Shown here in pieces: positions 14,395 to 27,870 of a DNA stretch of 64,000 bases (positions are counted from its first letter, which is position 1; each line of letters begins with the position of its first letter). Origin of the DNA: Monocercomonoides exilis PA203 (lineage: Eukaryota > Protista > Preaxostyla); the NCBI GenBank assembly GCA_001643675.2, contig LSRY02000041.1:744001-808000 (forward strand), written 5' to 3'. Made by a program: the position numbers and the translations under genes. Below the pieces are notes generated by a model. The model did not search any database. It was not told where the DNA came from and was given only the letters and a program-made list of their open reading frames with translations.

Positions 14395-15453
14395 TTAGCA
14401 CTTATCCTTGCAGCAGCAGCAGCAAGTTGATTGGCCCATAACCTTTGCAATAAGATCAACAACACGATTTGAATATCCCCATTCATTGTCGTACCATGAC
14501 ACGATTTTAACCAAATCGTCTTTGACCATGGTGCACTGTGCATCGAAGATGGATGAATGGCGGTTCTGAATGATGTCAGATGAAACAATTGGTTCATCGC
14601 AGTATTCAATAATTCCTTTCTGAGCACCTTGTGATGCAGCTTTTATTGCTGCATTAACGGTTTCTTTTGTTGCTGGTTTTTCAGTAACGAATGTGAGATC
14701 GCAGCATGATCCAGTTGGAACTGGAACACGGAGTGCGTAGCCATCAAGTTTTCCCTTCAAAACTGGAATAACTTCACCAACGGCTTTGGCTGCTCCAGTT
14801 GTTGTTGGGATAATATTGCAAGCAGCATGGCGAGCACGACGTAAATCGTCGTGAATTTGATCGCAGATTCTCTGATCGTTTGTGTATGCGTGAACTGTGA
14901 CCATCAGACCACGAACAATACCGAATGTGTCGTTCAACACTTTAGCAATTGGAGCCAAGCAGTTTGTTGTGCATGATGCATTTGACACGCACAAATGTTC
15001 TGGTTTCAAGTGTTCATCATTGACACCGCAAACGATTGTTGCATCACATTGATCCTTTGTTGGGACTGTGATGATAACTTTCTTTGCTCCTGCTTTGATA
15101 TGACCGTCATATCCGTCCTTCTTTCCATTTGCACGGGCCCTGTAGATTCCAGTTGATTCAATCACAACATCAATTCCAAGAAGATCCCAAGGAAGTCCAG
15201 ACGGATCAGTCTTCTCACCAAGAACATAAATGAGATCATCTCCAACCATGATGTTTCCATCGCTTCCGCGATAAGAAACTGGCTCGTCCAATTTTCTGTA
15301 AACAGTATCCCATTTCAACAAATGAGCCAAAGATTTTCCAGCTGCAAGATCGTGGATAGCAACAATCTTGAACAAATCTTTTCTTTGACGAAGGATACGG
15401 AACACAATTCTCCCAATTCTTCCAAAACCGTTAATAGCAACACGAATAACCAT
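14395..15453 (-). CDS. GAPDH: Glyceraldehyde-3-phosphate dehydrogenase (bacterial-type, intronless)
   Basis: INGFGRIGR NAD-binding motif, catalytic SNASCTTNCLAP, NIIPTTTGAAKAV and SWYDNEWGYSNR; 352 aa. Confidence 0.98.
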   Translation of the reverse strand: MVIRVAINGFGRIGRIVFRILRQRKDLFKIVAIHDLAAGKSLAHLLKWDTVYRKLDEPVSYRGSDGNIMVGDDLIYVLGEKTDPSGLPWDLLGIDVVIESTGIYRARANGKKDGYDGHIKAGAKKVIITVPTKDQCDATIVCGVNDEHLKPEHLCVSNASCTTNCLAPIAKVLNDTFGIVRGLMVTVHAYTNDQRICDQIHDDLRRARHAACNIIPTTTGAAKAVGEVIPVLKGKLDGYALRVPVPTGSCCDLTFVTEKPATKETVNAAIKAASQGAQKGIIEYCDEPIVSSDIIQNRHSSIFDAQCTMVKDDLVKIVSWYDNEWGYSNRVVDLIAKVMGQSTCCCCCKDKC

Positions 15454-15659
15454 TGATTCTTTTTTGATCGGACACCCTTAATTTCTATTGTGATCAGAAA
15501 GGAATAATTTGATATAATTAATATAAAAATCTTTTAAAAAATCCAATTTAAAAATCAAATTTTATGGTTGTTTTATTAGAATTTTCTTTTTTGATCCACC
15601 ATTGAGACCTGAAGAAATTAATTGTTGCAACATTTTTTCAATTCCCAGTTGCATGAAAA

Positions 15660-16625
15660 ATCGGTGAAGAAAGTTGTTGATATCCAAAAAATTAATTGGA
15701 ATCAAATACACTGGCTCACAAGAGCACTTACAGAAAAAATTAATAATATAAATTTTTCAAAATTTGATTATTAGCAATTCCTGAAAATGATTTTTTATTT
15801 TTTATTTTTTGTAAAAAGATCTGGAGTTTTTTGTTTTATTTTTAAGATCAAAGACTTCCTCAAATTTTCACGAGCTTTTTGTTTTGAGTATTCTGAGTAT
15901 TGTTATTGTTATTGAACAAAATTTCTTTACAATTTTGGTTATTTTTCATTGTTTTACACTTCGTTTTTTTATCACTTTTTCCATTTCACTATATTTCGAT
16001 AAATTAAAGATTTTGTAGTGATATTTGAGTTGTAATGTTTTTTAATGTTGAAAAATAGTTGGAAAAATGATTGATATGTGTATCACCAAAATTTTGAAAT
16101 GAAAAAATATATTTTGAAGTTAAACCATAAAAATACCCAAAAACAAGATTTTTATTAAAAAATAATCTCGATCACAAAAAATTCAAGATTTTCTTTTTTT
16201 TGTATTCCTTTGTTTATTGATAATTTTCATATTTTCCCTTTTGAATTAACGAAATAACTTATTTATTCAAATGTATTCTTCAATTTATCGAAATTTAGAG
16301 AAATGGAAAAATTGATAAAAAAACGAAGTGTTCAATCATGTGAAAAAACCAAAACTGTAAAGAACTCAAGTTTAAAAGCAATGATATAACTCGAAACACT
16401 CAAAACAAAAAGCTCGTTGAAATACGATCTAGACTATTGACTTAAAAATAAAACAAAAAATACCAAATTTTTTAACTTCAATTTAAAAAAAAAACAGCAT
16501 CCTCAATAATTGCGCCTATTAACATTTTGAAGGTTTCCTGTAATTTCATTTATGCAGAAGTGCTCCTGAAAACCAGAAATTTTTGACCCCAACTAATTAT
16601 TTGGGAACAGTGACATTTCTCACCC
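15660..16625. mobile_element. Degenerate ~1-kb inverted-repeat (foldback/MITE-like) element upstream of GAPDH; ends approximate
   Basis: Symmetrical reverse-complement blocks: CGAGCTTTTTGTTTTGAGT (~15871) vs ACTCAAAACAAAAAGCTCG (~16398); ACACTTCGTTTTTTTATCA vs TGATAAAAAAACGAAGTGT; AGAGCACTT vs AAGTGCTCC. Confidence 0.65.
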
Positions 16626-18613
16626 AAATCAATTTCTAGAATTGTTAATTTGGTCCAGAAATATGACAAATTTTATTGGAATCATAACTTTTTTCAGGGT
16701 GTTTATTTTTTCGAAGGCTGTTTGTCATTGGGAAAATATTTTGTATTGGTGTTTAAAAATATCCATAACTGTTTCAAAAACAAATGTTTTACTGGAATAA
16801 AGAAGATGATTTTTTTGTTGAGCTTTTTCATTTTTCAAAGCACATTTGTTAATATTCAAAGGAATAATTCGAGCCAAAAATTTTGAAAGTTAAAAGATAA
16901 TATCAAAAATATTAATACAATACAAAAATGTCTGAGTTGAACATCAATAACATCATTTTTTTAAAATGAGTCATTTGGCTTTTTTCTTTTTTCTTTCTTT
17001 CTTTTTTTTCTTTTCTTTTCTTTTTTTTCCTTTTCTTTTTCTTTTTTATTTTTTTTTTTTTTTTTGCAAAAAAGCACTTTGATGACACACACTGATACAA
17101 AGCAAATTCGACTTATGGATATTTTTGTTAGAGTCTGACATCTCGATTATTCTTTTTGAAAAATTGAAATGTTTATTATCTGGGTTTAAATAAATTGAAC
17201 CGTATTTGATCTTTTTTGTCGATAAATATATCAAAATTTTCCAAAATGCACATATTTACACATCAAATAAATTTGTGTATTTTTATTCACAAAGTTTAAA
17301 AATTAAATGGAACAATCACAAAAAATTACAGAATAAAATTCAATTTTATTCAACTCTGATATTTTTCATTTGCGACTTTTTAAAAAGAGCAACTCTTATG
17401 TTATTGATTTGTTCATTTTTTCTTAATCCTTTTTGAAAAATTATTTAAAACTTCTTTTTTGGTTATTTTAACGTTTGATTATATTATTTGAGACAAAATT
17501 TTATGTTTTATGAATTTTGTTCCACACAATATTTTCTTTCATTTTTCTCAATTTTTTAATTTTGCTTATTTTTTGATAGAGAACAAAAGATTTTTTTATG
17601 CTGCTATTGCAGAATAACTTTGGAACAAATCTTTGTTTTTTCATAAATGCAACAATTTTATCCCATTTCTTCATTCTTTGGAAAAAAGAAAAAAAATGGT
17701 TATGTGCTTTGATTAGAGATCAATGGAAAATTTTTATCCACTAACGTCACATTTAGCCAGAGTATTGAAACTTCTAAAAAAGTGAAAAATTATCAAAACA
17801 GAACAATATTAATGAATAGAACAATAAAATTTCTTACATGTCTCAAACAGACAAAGGTTCACAACATTGAATGATCAGAGATCTAACAACTTTAATGTGG
17901 TTGAGTTTTGGACAAATAGAGAATTTAATTGTTCAATTTTATATACTACTGTTTCTAAGATGTTTGTTTTTTGTAACAAATTGAAAATTTAAACATTTCA
18001 TCACTCTTTTTCAATGAAATAATCAATTTTTGTTTGAATGCAATGAAAAAATTTCAAGAAATAAAATTTCTTTAACTTATAATTTAAATGACAAATATAT
18101 AATAGAAAACATAATTTAAAACCGAATTTCAAAGTTTTGAAAAAAGCTTTGTTGACTAGATAAAGTAACAAAAAAAATTTAAAAATTCACATTTTCTCAG
18201 AAAACAACAACAGAAATAAAAAAACAAATCATCAATTAATGGCACAAAGCAGGCTACAAATGTTCACATAAGTGCTGAAAGCCATTACATGCTTTTCAAC
18301 AGTCAGCAAACAAAAACAAAAACAATAAAAAAAAAGGCACCAATAAGAAAAAAAGTTCCGTAAAAAAGTTAATCCTATTTGAAAAAAAAATACACATAAA
18401 GTTCTTTTTAAACGAAAATTTTGATAACTATTCATAAAATGAAATATAGACCCTTAGATCCAACTTTTTTTCTGTAAATGTTCTTGGCATTTGAATGGGC
18501 ACAATTATTCAGGTGAATATAAATAACAAAAATGAAAATTACGAATGTAATATTTAGATGAACAACTGAACAGAATAGATGATTCACATTTTCGAAAAAT
18601 GGATTTGGAATGC

Positions 18614-21600
18614 TTATATAGCTGTTCTATTTGTGGGAGTTTTATCTTTGTATTCATTCATTTCTATATCATTCTCATTTTCGTCTGATTTTTTCTGATT
18701 TTTCTTTAATGAATCTTCGAAAACAGAATCAAGCTTTTTCTTGACTTTCCTTCCGCATGGCCAGTTAATATTCAAAAAGGTTTCAAAAATTGGTAAAATG
18801 TTTCCAACGAATCCCAAATAAACAAATGTTCCTCCTAGAGATGTGAAAAGAGTCATCAAGCTCACTTTGACAGAATGGTGAGTTATTAAAGAAGTCTTGT
18901 CAAGTCTGAAATATATATTCATTCCAAATCCGAAGATATCAAAAAGGCTATTTTCATCACCTTTCGAACCAGCTTCAAACGATATTTTATTTACGAGATG
19001 CCCTCTTTCAGGTAAGAAAGTACGAAAAACATTGCTTTTATAGTATATTGAATGGAAAAGATCGATTGTGACATTTGTTGAGACAGGCCCACCTAGAACA
19101 CTATCATAGTTATTGATAAACACTTGTTGAAGTTTCGATAACTGATTTTGCTTTTCTTTAGATTTATTTTGTTCCGGTATTGCTGAATCAACACTGGCCA
19201 TAACCTTTATTGCTCTACAAGATGCACCTTTTTCGGTTGAATGAAATGAAACATAATTCATAGTATTTTGTGTAAGCTGTTGGCTTATTTCTTGCTCTTG
19301 AAATGTGATAGTACACAAATGTGTTTCTGGATAATATTTCTTATCTGAAGGCTTTTGGGAACAATTATAATAAACTGAATTACTATTTGAACTATACCAA
19401 TCTGAAAAATTTAACAAATGTTAAAAAAAAAGTTAAACCAAATATCTTGTTAAGAAATAAAAAATATCACACTGAATGGATCATATTGCGTTTTGCCAAT
19501 TCCCAGTTTTTCTGAACAAACTCCACTTATTTCAGTTGAAAAATCAGCACCCTCGACGCAACTTCCAGCATAATCTATCAATGTGACCTCAATAGTGACT
19601 TTTTTATTTTCGAATTTAGAAATTCCTTTTGAAGTATAATCCGTCGAAGAATCAACATATGATTGAGTTTCATTAACGTTGAAAAACGCAAAATTGACAA
19701 TAACTTGAAGGGCAAACCCAAGGACAAATGAAATACCAATAATAGATACAAAGCCTCCCAATGTTGTTTTTCTGATGTACTTAATTGATGAATGAGTTTC
19801 AGGATCGATTTCATCAACATACTTGTCAGAGAATCTATCCAATTTGAACAAATAGGCTTTCGTTGGGAAGCATAGAAGCAATGTTGCAACCAAGATACCA
19901 ACGCAAACTGGTATGACAATCACACAAATTTTTATGATTGATTCAAACTCGTTCGGCTCCAACGAAGATGGCTGAGAAATATGGTATTCATAATCATAAC
20001 CTTTATTCATTGCTGCTGAACCAATTGGGCAAGTAAAATCGTTATCGCATTCAGTAATTCTATTTGATTCTGGATTATCAGAGTAGTTCCCAATTGGAAC
20101 AGGGCTGCATCCAATATATTTTGCATCTCCATATTTATCATATGTTCCTGGAGGACATTTTTTGCATTCTATCTCGTCATAATCATCACAGTATTCACCA
20201 GCATCACATTCCACGCAATCGTCATTACTTTCTTTCGATCCAAGTGCACAAGGAACGACATTTGTGAGATTGAAAATGCGAAATACATCAACTGCCCCAG
20301 GAACGATTGTTCTGTCTTCATTTACTTGTCTTCCACCAAAGCAAAAAACACTTCTTTCAAATATTGTGCAGCCTGCTTCTACGATATCAATGTGAAAGTT
20401 GTTTCCCAATGAAGATCCGTCGTCTTCTGTCACTTTGACTTTTCCAAATTTGTCTAATTCAACAATCTTGAATGAATCCATTGCATGATCTCCATTTTTC
20501 CCTCCAAACATGAGAATTTTATTTCTCACTTGCAATGTCATTCCATCAACATAATGAAAGAGAGAATCCTCTTCGAAGAAATCTCTTTCCTTAATCTTCT
20601 CCGAATTTCTTAACAATGTGTTTGATTTTTTTTCAAAGATTCGATTTGAATGCTCAAATTGAGTTGAGTTTTTTATAATCTTAAAATTCTCACTCAGATC
20701 CCAAAGGCAATATGTGTTTAAAGGCTGCGTTCCATATTGACCTCCAATTGACACAAGCACAGGCCTTATTTCAGAATTTTCTTCATTGATTTGGTGGCTA
20801 GTATTTGCAATGTGAGATTCGGAATAATGTGGTAAGTATCTATGTCCTTTTGAATTGATGCTTGCCAATTTTTTTGCTTTTCCAAATAAACTTTCATTCA
20901 TGATATTTTCACTTGATGAACTTGATATTGTCATGTTCATCACAAAAAGGGCTGGCTTGAACGCTTCCACCCCTTCGCTGTAAATCTTCCATGTTCCAGT
21001 TCCAAAATTGAAAACCGATAGATCTTGATTCAATCTTCCATCATATAATTTACCACCTGATACAATCAAATAGTCCATATAAATTGTTGCAGATGCCCCA
21101 ATAACTGGTTTCGGTTGTTTCTGAGAATCCTTCCCCAATAATTTCCAAATAGAACCTTCAATATCGTATTCCCATAATTCGTTTGAAGGTTCAATTTTTC
21201 CTGTTCGTGGATTTGGACCCAAACCTCCGAATAACAACATTTTACCTTTTTTAAAACAAAGCGCAGCTAATTCTCTTGCTGGAGGAATAATTGGAGAAAA
21301 ATCTGCAGGCAGCTCGCTCCATTCATTATTGTGCATGGAATATCCAAAAAAATCATTTAATATTTCTCCAGTAACAGGATCTCGTCCTCCAAATACAAAA
21401 AACTGATCCATGAATTTCCCGATAATTGGATTTATTCGAGGAGAAGGTGCAAATTCTTCATTTGTTATTATTGATATAAACGGAGTATAATATTGATTTG
21501 AATTAATTAATGAATTTTGCGTTTTTAAATCCTTTTCCATTTCATGATTTGTACATTTTAAATCCAGATATTCATCATTAAGAATCTTCTTTCGGTATTC

Positions 21601-22755
21601 TCTTCTTCGTTCAATTGCTTTTGGAGAATACATTTCCTTTTCTGATTGATAAAAAAATAAATCATCTTTCATTACAACAATCAAATCTGAATTGATTCCT
21701 CGTTGCGTTCTACCTCCAAAAATGAAAAGGTTACCATCTTTGTCAATGTCACATCCACAATAAACACGACGTAAATCTTTTCCATCAGAATTATTTGTTT
21801 CGTTGAGTTCAATTATCTTAAATGTAACAAGACGTGGGAAATTCCAGACTTTGTAGACACTTTGGCTGCAATTTATAATTATCAATGAATTGTATTCTTT
21901 TCTTGTGTTGCTTGCAGAACAACCACCAATAATGTAAAAAAATGCTCCATCTGAAGTGAAGTATGATGCATATCCAAAATTCGTTCGAGATTCTGGCACA
22001 TTACTGTCATTTCCATTCAAACTAGTTATTTTCAACTCCTCCCAAACTGGATTAGTTTCAAATATTTTTACTCTGTAAATTTTGAGTGTTGTTTCTGCAC
22101 TGCTTCCTGTATCTCCTCCGAAAACAACAACGCAGCTATTCGAAACCAGCATTCCTGCCCCACTGCATGGCTTAGGAGCTTCTCCACTTGTAAAAATATT
22201 CACTTTCCTCCATTTTTTCGTTTCAGTATTAAATTCCCAAACATCATTCAGAAGCCCAGAAGTACCGATTCCTCCATATATATAAAGTTTTTTTCCTTCT
22301 GAAGCATATGCCATTGAATGTCTCGCTTCAGGAATTGTTTCTCCTTCGTACTCTTCCTTCCATGTGCATGTACTTGTATCGTATGACCACAGAGAATTTG
22401 ACAATCCTGATTCTTTCCATCCACCCCAGATAAAAAATGTGTTGTTAATTCGAAATTGAGCAAAATTCTTCACCATTGGCATTTTGTTCTCAGAATTGAT
22501 ATGCTTACGCTTGATATTAAGAGGATAGAGATTAACAATATAAGCATCTGAAAGCGTAGCATCTTTCTTTGTTGTCCCTCCAAAAATGAATAAACTTTGC
22601 TTATCCCCATCTTGGAAATACTGAACAAGTGAAGAATAACGAGGGTTAATATGTGAGCCAAAGGGAGGTAATGTTGTCATTGTTTTGACAATTTGTGTTT
22701 TTGCTACATCTTGAGCAATGCTTAATGAAAAACACAGCAAAATAACAAAATCCAT
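18614..22755 (-). CDS. Membrane protein: signal peptide, two Kelch-repeat regions, GCC2/GCC3-like Cys-rich region, three TM helices; probable intron 19402-19472
   Basis: Multiple xxFGG...W Kelch repeats and CVECDAGEYC..CKKCPPGTY. A phase-1 GT-AG intron joins ORF 19450-22755 to ORF 18614-19417. Hydrophobic segments near 19870-19940, 19690-19770 and 18790-18865. Confidence 0.8.
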
Positions 22756-22913
22756 AATTTCTGATCAAAATATAATTAAAAATTTTCAATTCGATAATAC
22801 CATTATTCATAAATTGAATAACTCAAAAATTAAATAAACCTGAATGATGTATTGGAATTTTTGTTGTCACGTCCGTCAGCTATTTTTGTTCAAGTTGGTG
22901 ATATATATATATA

Positions 22914-22956
22914 TTATAATTATAATTATAATTATTATTATTATTATTATTATTAT

Positions 22957-22987
<31 letters not shown>
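22914..22987. repeat. (TTA)n microsatellite followed by a poly-T tract
   Basis: Directly visible. Confidence 0.9.
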
Positions 22988-23499
22988 GAAAAGCTTGTCT
23001 AATTTGGTGCACATGTTAATTCATTAAAATAATTTCTTTGCATATTTTTTTGCATAAATATTCGAAGTTTAACATTTTCTATCTTCTCCCATAAATAGAT
23101 TTCTTTAATTTTCTTTGAATGAATTGTTCCTTGATAAGATTTATTATGCATTGATTGTGCAGTAATGTTCATTTATTTGTCGCATTCTTATTGGTTATTC
23201 CATAACTTTTCTGTTAACCACATTAGCAATTTGAACTTTCAAAATTACTTTGATTTTTCATTTTTCAATCGTTTTTTTGAAAGTATTTCAACTATATAAT
23301 TCAAACATTCATTTCTGTGAGGAAGATGGTTTTTTGAAAACACTGAGTGAATCTTCAATTGGAATATTCTAAGAATATTCTAAAAAAAAAAAACTCTTTT
23401 TCGATGAATTATTCCTAATTGATTTATCTTTTTCTTCTTCTCATCAGTATTCGTTCCCATTTCCACACCACTCGATCGCTTCTTTCTTCTAATTGGAGC

Positions 23500-25700
23500 A
23501 ACCGACTTCTTCTACCTTTTAAGATTTCCATATGACCCTGTTGTTCATGTTAGAACTGAATCTCAAAGAGAAACATCTGGAAGATTGATTGCTTTTGATG
23601 AGAACAGCCATCGTTTCGAATGGTGCGAATGGAAAAATTCAAACGGTGGAACTGGTCATGGCGGTGCACTTAATGTTGAGTGCACAAATGCAAATCTCAC
23701 AATCCATCTTGTTCGTTTTTTGATTGTTCAACAGGTGATCATGGTGGAGTATTATTTTGTACAAATTTGCAAAATGTGAACATCGCAATATCCAATTTCA
23801 CAAATTGTTCTGCTGCTCCATGAGCAGCAGTTCATACGTGATATCCGCAATCTATCTATATTTATCACATTTCAGAAAATAGAATTGAAAGTCGTTCAAT
23901 AACAAACTGGTGTGGAACCGGTTGGGAAATAGTGCTCGACGAAATGCCATCGTGTGAAATATTATTGTTTAAAAACCGTACCTGCATTGCAAATACTGGT
24001 GGCGATGTGGCTGACTCTCTCACATTTCATAATCCTCCAAGTAACAAACCAATTCAGTTTTTGGTTAATGATTGCCAGTTTATAAATAATAAACTGAATG
24101 CTTCATCCACTTATGGAGGTGCAGCGATGTTTTTCAGAGACACATATTCCTGGATGAATGAAGTCAAATTCATCACATTTTGTTTCTTGGATAGCAACAC
24201 AGCAACAAGTGGCAGAGGGAATGATGTGTTCTTTAACCGAAGCATCATCACCCAATCTCAATTCGAGAATTGCGGTTCAACAACTCCAACATAAAGAGTG
24301 TGAAATAACAATACAGCTGATAATACCGTGTTCAATGGCTGACTCCCTCTCATCGCGCAGAACAAAATCGTTGCCAGCAATGGAACTAATTCTGATGCCT
24401 GTGGCAGACCCCAACAGACCCCATGCGCCACCATCGAGTATGCCCTCAATGGCTTCATTTCCCTCCTCCAAGACACCTCCCTCACACTCCTCAGCTCAAC
24501 ATTTATCCCCAATCAAACACTCACATTCCGTGCCCCATATACAAGAATCACAGGAAATGGCACAACTGCCACCACCATTGCCTCCAGTGGCATTCCCCAA
24601 CCATCAAACTCATATTCACAGTCATCGCAATCAACATCATCATTTTCATCATTTTCTTCATTTTCATCAATATCAACATCTTCTTCACCAGATCCATCTG
24701 CCTCGTCTGCCCTCTTCCAACAGACCCAGGGCTCCCTCACAGTCTCTGCCCTCTCCATTGCCCACAACTCCTCAAATCAAATCACCCCCATCCTCTTCCA
24801 CCTCTCCCAAAACTCCCCTTCCCTCAACCTCAACACAACCACCATCACCGGAACAACCTCCATAACAATAAAAACTCCCCTCTTCTTCCTCACTGCTGGC
24901 TCCCTCGCCCTCAACCACACAGCAATCGCCAGTCTCCCCCTCAACAGTCAAAGCATCTTCCACCTCGCCTCCCTCACCGCTCCCCTTGCCCTCAACTCCT
25001 CCAACATCACCCACATCACCTCCACTGCCACCCCCACCAGCTGTGTCCTCTCCTCCACCACCTCCCCTGCCCTCTCCCTCTCCCTCGCAAACTGCACCAT
25101 CACAAACATCAACTCAGAACAGTTCAGCCAACAGACTGCCACAGATGGCGGGTGCATCTCATTCGCCTCATCTGCCCCTGCCAACTCCTTTTCAGTGAGT
25201 GACACAGCCTTCTCCAGCTGCTCTGTGAGCGAGGATACAAGTTCTGGAGGAAGAGGCGGTGCTCTCATGATCGAGTTCAATGAAGGCTCACAAGTGTCAG
25301 AATCCTCCTTTTCCATCACCAATATCGTGTTTTCAGCCAACAAGGCCAGCGTCGGAAGAGATATGTATTTTGTTTGTGAATCCCTTGTTGCTTCTGTGAA
25401 CGAGTCTTCATTCGCCTTCATGAGAAGCATCACTCAAAAAGAAAATACGATTGCTGGACATGACAGAACAGAAGCATTTGGCAACTGGAATGTCGATTTG
25501 TTTATATTTCTTGACGGGCATTCAGCTGAAAATGAACATGTGGATGGCATTCCTGGCATCAAAGCAATGCATTGTTGAACATCAAAGATGCCCTCCAAGA
25601 GCATACGCAACGCGATGGGTTTTCTGAAGAAGATGCAGATCATAAGGCAGAAATCATTTCATTAGCTGACTTGTCGGTGAATTTATGTGCAAATGAAGTC
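23500..25700 (+). pseudogene. Disrupted member of the beta-helix surface protein family
   Basis: Fragments FEWCEWKNSNGGTGHGGAL, YGGAAMFF, GRGNDVFF, ACGRPQQTPCATIEYAL, GGRGGALMI and GRDMYF resemble motifs of the 36.7-kb gene but lie in different frames separated by stops. Confidence 0.7.
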
Positions 25701-25999
25701 AAAGTCTAAGAAATTTGAATAGATGGCACACAAAATAAAAGAAAACATCTCACATGTGCATTTGTTGAAATCAACTTTGCTTGTTTGACATTTATTCTCT
25801 TGTTTCAGAGAATTTTCCTTTGAATGTGAATGCCAAAAAAAAATTATGTTCCTACCATCATTTCATTTTTCGCAACCCTCAACTGTTTCGAAGCTGTGTA
25901 ATCCATCGGAGGCTAATTTGGAACTCGTCCATTTCACAAGAGGATTGCTCTAATACTCTTGTTTTTTCATCTGAACCTCTTTTTGCTTCCAAATGAAAA

Positions 26000-27870
26000 A
26001 TGAAAAATCATCCAACTTCTTTATTGAACTCCGTCTGATTGATTTTTCTGAGTTCAAAATAACTCGTTTCATTGGAACATAACTTTTGTTGAATTTCTGC
26101 GAGTGATCGAATATTTCTTTTGCGATTATACATTAACAAGGATGAAAAGGCTTGTTGAAGATTACGAGGGGATTTGAAAGAAAAGAATACAAAAACATTA
26201 TTTGTTTCTAATCGAAGAAGAAGAAGAAGAAGAAGAAGAAGAAGAAGAAGAAGAAGAAGAAGAAGCCATTGAACCCTTCTGCTGAACAGGCGAAGCAGCT
26301 TGTGGAGAATGCTGCATTTGTGTTTGTCAGTTAATTGCAGCATCGGCAGAAGGAGAAGGAGAAGGAGAAGAAGAGAAAACAACAGAGGTTGATGTTTGAA
26401 TGTGAGGTTGAAGACGAGAAGAAGAAGAAGTAGGCTGAGGAGGATAATGCTGAGCCATTGGTGTCTGTTGGGGCTGATGCAATGTAGATGGCTGCTGAGA
26501 TGGCAATGGAAGAGGGGTTGGTATTGGAATATTTGTGTTCACATTGACATTCACATTCATAGGAACAGAAAGAGAAAGAAAAAGAGAAGAAGAAGAAGAA
26601 AAAGAGTATGAAGTTAACATTTCATCAGATTCAGTGGGGTTATCAAGTACTACTGACAAATATTGAAGATCAGGTTATGACGAAGCGCTTTTTGAATAAA
26701 ACTGAGATGCAGATTGTGAAGCTGAAGAAGGCATTTTTTGAGGAGTTGATTGATGAGACGATGATAATGGTGTGATTGAAGGAGAATGTTTAACCAACTC
26801 ATCACATCCCACAAAAGAGCCGCTTCTGCCAAACACTCTCAACAAACAAAAAAAGAAACTGTTTTTTCTCTCTTTCAAGCTCATATCAAGCATTGTCATG
26901 CTATGCAACATGCATAACAGATGGCAGAAGTGACGAATGTTATCGTTGAATGCCATCCAAACAGGGATAATCTCAAAACTTCTGAATCTTTTGAAAAAGG
27001 ATAAAATGGCTTCTCTCTCTTTGCGGTATTCCTGTTCGTAACCAATCTGTATTCATTCAAATATCAGCTTAAAAGAAATATGAACGAAATAAAAAAAATC
27101 AAACCATCTTTTTGGTATTTAAATATTTTCTCTTATCCAATGGACCGGTAATTATTAGCCCAACTGGATTTCTTGTTCTCCAAAATTGCCTCTCGCCACA
27201 TAAAAAACAGACAACTGGACAATAAATGACTGGCATCGAAAGTCATCGAAAGTTGAGTGAATTCATTGTGAAGCTGGCTGTGATATCAGATGAAAACACA
27301 TATTCTCCAAATTAACTCCTTTTCAGAGACTTATTCATTGCCATGTCTTTGTTGATGGCTTTGCAGCAGACTTCGTGCAAAATTCAATCGAGATTGTTGT
27401 TGAGGCCTGCTGAGTGTTTTGTTCAACTCGCTTCCTCCATTGTCCAACCCCTCAATTCCCTTTCCTTTTCCACAAAGAAAATCTCCCAATAAAAAATCAC
27501 ACAAAACAAATCCTGAAACAAAAAATATACCAAGTGAAATACATTTCCCTCGAAATGAACAAGAGGTTCAATTCAATATTTCGGATATTCTGTTAGCTTT
27601 TTCTGCATCTTGCTTGAGTTATTTTTCATTCAAAATATCGCAGCCAGCGTTATGCCACACATTTTGCAATTTTCACCTGGTTCAAATTTCATGCTGGTTT
27701 TCTCCACCAATTCACTTTTTGCAAGCAATCGATACAAACAGCCACTCGCTCCTCCATCTGTAGACAAAATCCATTCCCATCTGCAGTAATATAACTCACA
27801 TGGGTGCATCTGTGGTCGTGTTCTCAAGAGCTCAAACATGCACATATGCAGAAAAGCATCAATCAAAAAT
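26000..27870 (-). pseudogene. Decayed multi-exon gene remnant of unknown family
   Basis: Coding-like fragments (GYEQEYRKEREAILSFFKRFRSFEIIPVWMAFND; Ser/Pro/Gln-rich stretch) interrupted by stops. Confidence 0.3.
26214..26265 (+). repeat. (GAA)n microsatellite
   Basis: Directly visible. Confidence 0.95.

Noticed and set aside
27700-27866. Cys/His-rich fragment as a UBR-type zinc finger or transposase
   Set aside because: Spacing is incomplete and interrupted by stops, so no family call can be supported.
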